Source of the DNA: Octopus sinensis
Taxonomy: Eukaryota
Assembly: GCF_006345805.1 (NCBI RefSeq)
Contig: NC_043013.1
Span: 59,272,001-59,336,000 of the forward strand
Direction: 5' to 3'
DNA length: 64,000 bases
The notes beneath the pieces are model-generated. The model saw nothing but the letters and a program-made list of their open reading frames with translations. It did no database searches and was not told where the DNA came from. How positions within the stretch are numbered: position 1 is the stretch's first letter; each line of letters begins with the position of its first letter. Below are positions 54,801-61,925 of the stretch, piece after piece. The translations under genes were made by a program, and so were the position numbers.

Positions 54801-56587
54801 GTTCGGATTGTCCTTGCACAGAGGCCATCCGGATTCCCGCTTGCGCCGTGAACAGGGATTAATCTTCTCTCTTCGCTCTTTTACGCCATTTGGTCTCAAC
54901 TCTCCCCCCTTTTCATCTAACCCCCCTTTTTCATCTAACCTCCCCTGACTCCTACTTCTCTTCAGTCCTTCATCTTTTCACCCCTACTCTCTTTCCCTCT
55001 TCTTCCCTCTTCTTTCTTCTTTCTTCTTCCCTCTTCCCCTTCTCTCTTTCTCTCTGCTCCCTCACTTCCCTTCTCTCCCCTCCCTTCCTCCCTCCCTCCC
55101 TCCACTCCTCCTCCTCTCCCTCTCCCCTCCTTTTCCATCCCCTTCCTTCTCCTCTTCTCTTTCCTTCTCCTCTCCCTTCTCCTCCTCCTCCCCTCTATCC
55201 CTCATCTCCTTTCTCCACTCCCCTCCTCTCTCTTCCCTCCCCCTCTCTTCTCTCCCTCTCTCTTCTCTCCCCCTCTCTTCTCTCCCCCTCTCACTCTCCC
55301 CACAAATCCCACTCTACCCCAACCCCCAGCCGAACCCACACCCCACATGGGCTTTCTCCACTCTCGCCCCCACTTCTCCACAACATCACACCACACTACA
55401 CTACACCATACGACATTACACATCACATCATACATACACACGTCCAGACCACCAGCCCTCTTTCACACGCACATACATACTCTATTATACACACACGCAC
55501 CTTCATGTTGGGGTGAGGTCACTTGACCCTGTTATCTCGCCTACTATCCCTCTAGCGTCTAACGTCTGATCTCTGACTTCTGCCTGAAATCAGAACGCCA
55601 TTTTGGATCGTTAGCTCCTACACGCATTTCTTTTCTCTCCTTGTTTCTTTTCTGTGTATCTTTCTGTCGAAGAGCATAGGCTCGAAACATAAAAGACATT
55701 TTCTATTTCTATTCCTGAGCGCTATACTATTACATTAGTTTGTTTGTACCCCACCTGCCTTCGTCTTTTGTTTATTTTTGTAAACCTTCCCGTTATATAT
55801 ATATATATTATATTGATAGAAATGGTAAGACAACAAAAGAATGGAAGAGGCATTGATATTATGTAAATAGAGGAATTTATTTGTAAATGTAATATGTGAC
55901 AATTATTCAATAGCCATGATGAAACTCTGAGTTTCGGATGTTGGGGCAGATACCCATGCCGCCATCTCTTCAGTCATCTAGTCATCGGAAAGAATGCTAT
56001 GAAAATGACCGTTAAACAAGGGGATATTACTGTGTAATTGACCAATATTAAGACAAAAAAGCTATTAGAATGACGTCTTAATAACGGTCAATCACATAGT
56101 AATTTCTCTTTGTTTAACAGTCATTTTCATAGCATTCTTTCCTATGGCCGGATAATTGAAGAGATGGCGGCATGGGTTTCTGCCCCGACATCCGAAACTC
56201 AGAGTTTTATCATGGCTACCGAATAATTGTCACATATTACATTTACATATATATATATACATACATACATACATACATACATACATACACTTGTGTGTAT
56301 GTATGTATGCGTGCAAGCCTGTTATCATGCGTCAATGAACTTACTGATTGCTGCTGCAGCCAAACATTTCACAAAGACAACTGGTGGTCCACATGAATCG
56401 AAGATGGGAGAAGCTACATATTCAGCAAAAACCAGGCTGCTCACAGCGATTGCTGACGGTCTGATGATTAAAGCCGTACACCAACTGCACAAGAATGCCA
56501 ACACTGCTGGAAGACCGTGTAAGATATATGCAAATTCTCCGCCAGACTTAGTAATAAAGGTTCCCAATTCTACATATGATAAGGAAG
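22358..56587 (-). CDS. SLC7A9: b(0,+)-type amino acid transporter 1-like (SLC7 heteromeric light chain); 5'-partial, 10 coding exons
   Basis: join(56587-56345,52027-51902,47987-47888,45271-45227,35759-35636,33063-32960,30996-30900,26714-26565,23399-23231,22446-22358) is open with GT-AG introns and matching phases. Motifs: [67 protein letters not shown]. Orthology is from my recall of human SLC7A9, not a search. Confidence 0.9.
23231..23399 (-). CDS. SLC7A9: SLC7A9-like exon, 169 nt: [56 protein letters not shown]
   Basis: Acceptor ttcttttaag|GTT, donor ATGG|gtaagt, phase 0-1. Confidence 0.95.
24526..25175. repeat. 18-bp minisatellite (atgtatgtatatatttgt variants) interrupted by a hAT MITE
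   Basis: Gives the 6-aa periodic MYVYIC pseudo-ORFs. Confidence 0.9.
24901..25119. mobile_element. hAT (Charlie/Buster-type) MITE, 219 bp
   Basis: TIRs cagtgcttttcaa / ttgaaaactactg; perfect 8-bp TSD ATGTATAT (24893-24900, 25120-25127). Confidence 0.92.
25675..26056. repeat. (TATG)n microsatellite
   Basis: Direct reading. Confidence 0.97.
26565..26714 (-). CDS. SLC7A9: SLC7A9-like exon, 150 nt: [50 protein letters not shown]
   Basis: Acceptor tatctgcag|GCA, donor AAG|gtaagt, phase 0-0. Confidence 0.96.
28020..28575 (+). mobile_element. CRE-like non-LTR retrotransposon remnant (RLE domain)
   Basis: Frameshifted GISLRFGLQ..., [51 protein letters not shown]. Confidence 0.7.
29450..29760 (+). 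mobile_element. Penelope-like GIY-YIG C-terminal remnant
   Basis: [32 protein letters not shown]; same type as 60100-60470. Confidence 0.6.
30900..30996 (-). CDS. SLC7A9: SLC7A9-like exon, 97 nt: [32 protein letters not shown]
   Basis: Acceptor atctttag|A, donor TCA|gtaagt, phase 2-0. Confidence 0.95.
31080..31624 (+). mobile_element. Second copy of the internally deleted mariner (intronic)
   Basis: Same TIRs, TA flanks, same junction region and YSPDIAPSD motif as 4122-4688. Confidence 0.93.
32470..32740 (+). mobile_element. RTE (BovB-like) 3' end
   Basis: Terminal C2H2 motif [21 protein letters not shown] followed by a short UTR. Confidence 0.7.
32960..33063 (-). CDS. SLC7A9: SLC7A9-like exon, 104 nt: [34 protein letters not shown](R)
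   Basis: Acceptor tttttttccag|TTA, donor GGGCG|gtgagt, phase 0-2. Confidence 0.95.
35636..35759 (-). CDS. SLC7A9: SLC7A9-like exon, 124 nt: [41 protein letters not shown]
   Basis: Acceptor tttcgttatag|A, donor GGG|gtacgt, phase 2-0. Confidence 0.95.
35870..36770 (+). mobile_element. CR1-clade LINE 3' end
   Basis: [40 protein letters not shown]; (ATT)n tail. Confidence 0.9.
37086..37141 (-). ncRNA. Degenerate hammerhead motif (GAAACAGCTGT family)
   Basis: GTCT-CTGATGA-..GAATAT tcc ATATTC..-GAA-ACAGCTGT-A^AGAT; stem II closing pairs decayed. Confidence 0.45.
37397..37785 (+). mobile_element. tRNA-derived SINE family B with internal (TA/TG)n tract (representative copy)
   Basis: ggcgtaggagtagctgtgtggtaa..ccgggttcagtccc..cagcatggccgcagtcaaatgactgaaacaag. 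Other copies near 1671-2105(+), 42369-42763(-), 48040-48530(+), 49785-50068(-), 50900-51340(-), 52365-52560(-), 62870-63300(-). Confidence 0.85.
38150..39030. repeat. Complex (TG)n block followed by (CA)n block
   Basis: TG-rich 38270-38590 and CA-rich 38640-39010. Confidence 0.85.
39646..39696 (-). ncRNA. Type-I hammerhead ribozyme motif
   Basis: AGCTTC-CTGATGA-TTTCATTTGAAT-GAA-ACAG-ttctagtc-CTGT-A^GAAGCT: 6-bp stem I, 4-bp stem III, GUA site; weak stem II. Confidence 0.75.
41332..41382 (+). ncRNA. Type-I hammerhead ribozyme motif (inverted twin of 39646-39696)
   Basis: Same sequence as 39646-39696 on the opposite strand; predicted cut after 41376. Confidence 0.75.
41621..41685 (+). ncRNA. 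Type-I hammerhead ribozyme motif
   Basis: CCATG-CTGATGA-t-GGCTG..TTTTCC ttgc GGAAAA..CAGCT-GAA-ACTA att TAGT-A^CATGG. Confidence 0.8.
43020..43530 (-). mobile_element. Second copy of the same CR1 3' end
   Basis: Homologous to 36270-36770 ([22 protein letters not shown]...). Confidence 0.9.
43850..44230 (-). mobile_element. tRNA-derived SINE family C (representative copy)
   Basis: tggctcagtggttagagcg..gagttcgaatcctgg..gtgttcttgagcaag..ttgctccagttcactcagctg. Partial copies near 24060-24312(-), 29190-29415(+), 48560-48760(+), 63610-63750(+). Confidence 0.8.
45227..45271 (-). CDS. SLC7A9: SLC7A9-like exon, 45 nt: [14 protein letters not shown](R)
   Basis: Acceptor ttttccgaaacag|G, donor TACAG|gtttgt, phase 2-2. 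Confidence 0.93.
45985..46542. repeat. Unclassified 560-bp non-coding unit embedded in (AAT)n
   Basis: Abrupt GC-richer block between (AAT)n 45907-45984 and an (AAT/GAT)n run from 46543; no TIR or ORF. Confidence 0.55.
47888..47987 (-). CDS. SLC7A9: SLC7A9-like exon, 100 nt: (G)[32 protein letters not shown](W)
   Basis: Found by manual translation (absent from ORF track). Acceptor atcctttag|GT, donor GGATG|gtgagt, phase 1-2. Confidence 0.95.
48763..48976. mobile_element. MITE with piggyBac-like ends
   Basis: Perfect 13-bp TIRs ccctttcgttacc / ggtaacgaaaggg; TTAA TSD not preserved; related internal sequence near 21080-21200 and 44280-44460. Confidence 0.65.
50483..50561 (+). ncRNA. Minimal type-I hammerhead ribozyme motif
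   Basis: TAAC-CTGAAGA-GTGGCTATAT..ATATAGCCAC (perfect 10-bp stem II)-GAA-ACACGTGT (palindrome)-A^GTTA. Confidence 0.8.
51494..51543 (-). ncRNA. Hammerhead-like motif with G3:C8 core (GUGAACA)
   Basis: TTTGTCA-GTGAACA-g-GTCGC ggatttta GCGAC-GAA-AATATT-T^TGACAAA: 7-bp stem I, 5-bp stem II, palindromic stem III. Confidence 0.6.
51564..51612 (+). ncRNA. Hammerhead-like G3:C8 motif, inverted twin (one A shorter in GAAA run)
   Basis: Right arm of the 51412-51694 palindrome. Confidence 0.5.
51902..52027 (-). CDS. SLC7A9: SLC7A9-like exon, 126 nt: (I)[41 protein letters not shown]
   Basis: Acceptor tatgtccag|TT, donor AAAG|gtaatt, phase 1-1. Confidence 0.95.
52672..52735 (+). ncRNA. Type-I hammerhead ribozyme motif (same family as 41621)
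   Basis: CCATG-CTGATGA-atGCTA..TTATC gtttcg GATAA..TAGCc-GAA-ACTGATCAGT-A^CATGG; palindromic stem III. Confidence 0.8.
53099..53148 (-). ncRNA. Minimal type-I hammerhead ribozyme motif
   Basis: CAAAAACTGT-CTGATGA-aCG gcaa CGa-GAAAC acaga GT-A^ACAGATTTTG: stem I 9/10 paired; stem II short with an A.A closing mismatch. Confidence 0.65.
53820..55790 (+). mobile_element. Penelope-like element (Neptune-like), 5'-truncated; ORF open to 54948
   Basis: RYIDD, FLDISV, CRTC linker, [33 protein letters not shown]....P.GLN; then a pyrimidine tract and terminal repeat. Confidence 0.92.
55659..55696 (+). ncRNA. Degenerate minimal hammerhead at 3' end of the Penelope-like element
   Basis: TCTTT-CTGTCGA-a-GAGC atag GCTC-GAAAC-ATA^AAAGA; core has A6U and the cleavage triplet pairing is broken. 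Confidence 0.45.
55918..55978 (-). ncRNA. Minimal type-I hammerhead ribozyme motif
   Basis: GATGA-CTGAAGA-GATG..GGCA..TGCC..CATC-c-GAA-ACTC a GAGT-T^TCATC. Confidence 0.65.
56151..56212 (+). ncRNA. Degenerate inverted twin of hammerhead 55918-55978 (C3U)
   Basis: GATAA-TTGAAGA-GATG..CATC-c-GAAACTCAGAGTT-tTTATC. Confidence 0.4.
56345..56587 (-). CDS. SLC7A9: SLC7A9-like exon, 243 nt: (A)[18 protein letters not shown]...[18 protein letters not shown]
   Basis: Acceptor tcttttacag|CT, donor ATCA|gtaagt, phase 1-1. Contains the Cys (DSCGPP) at the position of the heavy-chain disulfide. Confidence 0.95.
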
Positions 56588-56658
56588 CTGTAAAAGAAGA
56601 CACAATAGTTATAAAATTATTAATATTATTATTATTATTATTATAATTATTATAATTA

Positions 56659-58002
56659 TTCAGTAGTTTTATTTTTATAGCGTGCTTTCACTTCACTACC
56701 GAGCGCAGCTCTGTGTGCCTTAGGTATGTGCTGTGATTTGTTGTGATTTTCTGATGGTTACTGTATGGAAAGTGTTCTGCGTAGGATGTGTGCAGTGCCT
56801 AGTAGTGCAATTTTCTGTATGTTATATGTGTTTGTAAGTCCTGTGTTTTTTTGTTATTTTTGTCTGAATATTTTTTTATCATGCCTAATGCACCTACTAT
56901 GATAGGAATTGTTTCTGTTTTTAGATTCCACATTCTGGTTACCTCTATTTCCAGGTCTTTGTATTTTGAAAGTTTTTCCATTTCTTTTAGAGAAACGTTG
57001 TCATCTGCCGGTATTGATACATAATTAGAAAGCATTTTTTTCTTCATGATCTCTGACAACTATATCTGGTCTGTTGGCCTTAATTTCTCTATCTGTGTGT
57101 ATCGGCATATCCCAGAGTATGTTGCTTTCTCGTTTTCTGTGACCTTTTCTGGTGTGTGCCTATACCATCTTTTTTCTGTTGTTATTCCATAATGTTGGCA
57201 TAGCTTCCAGTGTATGTAGGTTCCAACTCTGTCATGTCTGTGAATATATTCCTTCTTAGCCAGGACTGGGCAGCTAGAGATAATATGATTTATTGTTTCT
57301 TGTCCATCTCCACATATTCTGCAGTTACTTGTTATATTTCTTTTCATTACATGTTTTTGGTAATTTCTGGTGGGGAGGCTTTGGTCTTGTGCTGCAATTA
57401 AAAATCCCTCTGTTTCTGCTTTGAGTCCTGAGCTTCTCAACCATTGCTGGAATTTTTCTTTGTCTATTTCTTTTGCGTTTAGTTTAGTCCAGTATTTACC
57501 ATGAAGGGGCTTTTCTTGCCATCGTTTTATCATGGTTCGTTGCTGTTCTGTTTTTAGTTTGGATTTCATTTGTCTTATAGCTTTTGTTGGTTTCGTCTTC
57601 TTTTCTTCTTCTTCTTCTTCTTCTTCTTTCTTCTTCTCTTCTTCTTCTCTTCTTCTTCTTCTTTTCTTCTTCTTCTTCTTCTTCTTCTCTTCTTCTTCTT
57701 CTTCTTGTCTTCTTCTTCTTCTTCTTCATATTTATTAGGTGGTATGATTTCTTGTTTGTATTTGTCAGCTTCCTTAAATACTGAGAATAGTTTTTTGTTT
57801 TGCTCGTGTTTTGCTGCTATCTGGATCAGTTTTCCTTCCTTCTGAAGTAGATATTTTGCAGTCCTACGGTGGTTATTTTATAGTAGTTTTTTCAGCTGTA
57901 TAAGGCCTCTACCACCTTCTATACATTGTATATATAGTCTTTCTATGTCAATTTTGGGTGATGCATCCTAGATCCTGTCATTATTTTTCTTGTTTTCCTA
58001 TC
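56659..58002 (-). mobile_element. 5'-truncated R4/Dong-like non-LTR retrotransposon (RLE)
   Basis: DRKTRK..HPK.DIERLY..EGGRGL, KAETEGFLIAAQDQSL, CRICG..ETINHIISSC, NRPDI..IDVSIP, KLSKYKDL; (AAT)n on both sides. Confidence 0.9.
57598..57727. repeat. (CTT)n microsatellite inside the R4-like ORF
   Basis: Direct reading. Confidence 0.95.
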
Positions 58003-58022
58003 TATTATTATTATTACTATTA

Positions 58023-58072
<50 letters not shown>

Positions 58073-59393
58073 TATTATTATATTTACAAGGTAGAAAAAT
58101 CATTAGTGAATCAGATAAAATGATTTGCTGCATTTCTTTTGGCTCTTGATATCCTGGGTTCAAATCCTGCCAAGATCAACTTTGCCTTTCACTCTTTCAG
58201 GAATTGAAGTCAGTTTAATCGACTAACCCACTTCCCAGGCCTTGTGTCTGAAATTTTGGGGAAGACTATTACTATCATTGGAACTGAATTGACTATGCCT
58301 TAATAAAACATTTATAAATTAGCCAATGAAATAGTAATCATACACCTTTCAGCATTCAGGTTTCTTTGTCAAAAGTAATGCTTATTTATTCACATTGTCT
58401 TGAATTAATCACATATTATCTTGTAGCTTCAACACCTCAATGGTGCGTTTGTATATTTTTAGAATGACATTGCAGGGTAGGTGAGAGAGACCAGATCCGG
58501 GCAGTTTTAACATAAAACAGGTAGAATATTTGTGCTCAATATCGTCAGATTAAATGCCAAAGGGTTAAGGAAGACCAAGAAAGGTGGTGGGTTTGACGGA
58601 AGGGGTTAATGTTTAGGATGAATGAGGGGTTAGATATATTGTAATAAGCAATCAAGTCACTTTTACATTCTAAGTTCAAAATTTGCTGGGTTTACCCCTG
58701 TCTTTCAAGCCTTCAGATTTGATAAGATAACCAACCCGGACCAATAAAAAACTAATTTTTTACCCAGCTACTTGCATTTATTCCAGCTCTTTACAGTCTG
58801 AGTTCAAATCCCACCTAGATCAACTTAGCTTTCATCCTTCCAAAGTTGATAACGTACTTTATTTTATAAACCTTGGAAGATTGAACCAGTCAAATACTTG
58901 CGTTTGACTGTGCTCTCCTCATGAGTTCCTGATTTTTTCCTTCATTATTTAATGACTACCATACTCACATGGAATAGAAAGTTTTTGTTGGAGGAGATTT
59001 TCTATGGCCAGTTACTCTCCTTGTTTCCATGGAATACTGGAATTGAACAACATCGCTTGTATGACAGTGATGCTCATTTACAACCATCATACACATTCAC
59101 GTACATATATATTTTCATCTTTTAACATCCATTCTCCATACTGCCAGGGATTGGATGGTTTGGCTTGAGCTTGCCAGCAGAAGAACTGCCTGGGCTCCAC
59201 TTGCGTGTTTTGGCATGGTTTCTATGCCTGGATGCCTTTCCTAATGCCAACCACTTTACAGAGAGTACTGGGTGCTTTTTCATGACACCAACACCCAGGA
59301 ACCTGCAAGACTAGGATCTCCTGACTGAGAGAAGGGTGTAGAGTTCATGCCTGTATGCATGGACAGCCACATTTATATATATATATATATATA

Positions 59394-59493
<100 letters not shown>

Positions 59494-59756
59494 TCATCAT
59501 CATCATCATTTAACGTCCGTTTTCCATGCTAGCATGGCTTGGGCGGTTCAACTGGGGTCTGGGAAGCCAGAAGGCTGTACCAGGCCCAGTCTGATCTGGC
59601 AGTGTTTCTACAGCTGGATGCCCTTCCTAACACCAACCACTCCGTGAGTGTAGTGGGTGCTTTTTACGTGCCACCTGCACAGGTTGGCAAACGGCCACAA
59701 TCGGATGGTGCTTTTTACGTGACACCGGCACATTTATATGTATATATATGTAAATA

Positions 59757-59794
<38 letters not shown>

Positions 59795-59839
59795 TATGAA
59801 TAAAAAATGGAGTTAACGCAGGTTTAAACAAGTATTTTT

Positions 59840-59925
59840 ACTTTCGACACATGTTTCGAAAATTCCACTGATACTATTCAAAAGAATAAATGGTATAAAC
59901 AATGCAATCTTCTCTTCGGGAAAGT
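59840..59925 (-). ncRNA. Hammerhead motif with CCGAAGA core (U4C)
   Basis: Reverse complement of the motif at 60674-60759. Confidence 0.6.
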
Positions 59926-60673
59926 GAAAAAAAAAATCTCTTGCAAATTATATCTTCTCATAATAACAAACTGTTAAATATTAATACATTTACTAATACT
60001 AACATTAATTTAGCTAATACCATCCAACCCTCTAGAAATATTAATAACAAGGTTATTGTATCTGAAGTCAATTGCAATAGAATTAAATTTATGTCAAGTA
60101 ACTCTAAGATTAAAATTCTATATACCAGTGTATAATCAGTACTCGTAATAAAGTACGATTTTACATTGGAAGCACATCGTTAGAGTTATCTAAAAGAATT
60201 TCTATCCATTACTCAACATTAGGGATAGAAATAAACGGAATAGTACCGGTCTCAGCAAACTGATTTGGGATTTAAAAGACCACAATGAACAATTTCATTT
60301 AGAATGGTTGATCCTCTCAATTTCGATACCATATGACAAAGGCAAGAAATTCTGTCTTCTCTGCAATTCTGAGCTTTTTTATATTTTTCTAAAAATACTC
60401 TAGTAAACACGGTTATAGAACGAGCATACAGATGTAAGCATTGGCAGAAACATACATTTAGTGCATATAAGTAGTCTCTATCATTATATATAATTTAAAC
60501 TTTAATTTCCTTTATATTTAACATTCACTATAATATCCCTACTCTTTCTGTTAACTACTTATGACGTTATATCATATAACGTTTTTTTAAACAATATTAA
60601 TAGCGTTCTGTCTATCGCTATACAAATCCATCATTTTTTGCTAAAATGTCGTATTGACGAGTTTCGTTTTTTC

Positions 60674-60759
60674 ACTTTCCCGAAGAGAAGATTGCATTGT
60701 TTATACCATTTATTCTTTTGAATAGTATCAGTGGAATTTTCGAAACATGTGTCGAAAGT
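60674..60759 (+). ncRNA. Hammerhead motif with CCGAAGA core (U4C)
   Basis: ACTTTC-CCGAAGA-GAAGATT..AATTTTC-GAAAC atgt GT-C^GAAAGT: 6-bp stem I, 7-bp stem II, GUC site. Confidence 0.6.
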
Positions 60760-60948
60760 AAAAATACTTGTTTAAACCTGCGTTAACCCCAATTTTTATT
60801 CATATTATTCAAAATATTCAATGTAAATACGAAGTTTCAACCTTTATAAACAAGGAGTTACATCTTTACTTGTGAGATTTTTGCTGCCCTGGTAACTATT
60901 TATTTATTTTTCCGTGTTAATTGTTAACAAGGTAAAAATACACTCATC

Positions 60949-61038
<90 letters not shown>

Positions 61039-61201
61039 ACATATATATATATACATATAAATATAATATAATATACATATATATACATATATATATACAT
61101 ATAATACACATATGTATAATATATATATATATATATAATATATATATATAATTATATATATATATATATTATAATATATATAACATATATATACACATAT
61201 G

Positions 61202-61249
<48 letters not shown>

Positions 61250-61277
61250 ACATATATATATATATATATATTTTGTT

Positions 61278-61925
61278 TTGCTTGTTTCAGCTCAGAGCTG
61301 CGGCCATGCTGATGCCCCGCCGTTTTGTGCTACACTGTTATTACGAAGAACCTCCTCTAATATGTGGCACCTGGTGAAGAATGGAGTTTTACATAGCTAT
61401 TCTCATTTGCACCTCTTGCCGTGAGGTTGGTTCATCGGGGACTCTCGACAGGAAGATGTCCGGCTTTGATTTAAAAACTGCTACATCTACTTTGTGCAAG
61501 TTCCTCAGACTCTTTGGGAGAATATTAAAAATCTGTGGGCCCTTGAAACCCAGGCTGTTGAAGAAACTGGTCCTGAAGCGTGATGGCATTGCTGGGATCT
61601 TTGGCACTATGCAGTGTCGTCTCGTTCTAGCATTGGAGTAGCTTGCAATGCCAAAATTTGGCACAATTCTTTCCAGGATCTTCCAGACATATATTACTGC
61701 ATACCTCTCCAGTCTTCTCTCTAGGGAGTAGAGTCTTAGCTGTTTCAACCTTTCCCAGTAGCTGAGCTGTTCCAAAGAGACAAACTTCTTTGTGAATCTT
61801 CTCTGGATTGCCTCAAGGTCCGCTGTTAACTTTACACTGGTGGGTGACCATAGCTGTGAGCAGTAATCCAGGCGGCTGAGGATGAATGTCCGCCAGAGGA
61901 CCATCATGGTTTCCTTATCTCTGGT
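61278..61925 (-). mobile_element. CR1-clade LINE 3' end (second family)
   Basis: RLDYCSQLWSP, LEAIQRRFTK, SYWERLKQLRLYSLERR; ends cagcatggccgcagctctgagctgaaacaag. Confidence 0.9.

Larger units (their letters stand above)
55882..56247. repeat. Foldback with about 170-nt arms and a 20-nt loop
   Basis: 55882-56054 versus 56075-56247, with scattered mismatches. Confidence 0.92.
59794..60805 (+). mobile_element. Penelope-like GIY-YIG remnant bracketed by 140-bp inverted repeats
   Basis: FYIGST, NSTGLSKLIWDLKD, CLLC, CKH motifs; arms 59794-59934 and 60667-60805. Confidence 0.8.

Noticed and set aside
54890-55516. 208-aa Pro/Ser/Leu ORF
   Set aside because: Translation of the pyrimidine tract in the PLE 3' region.
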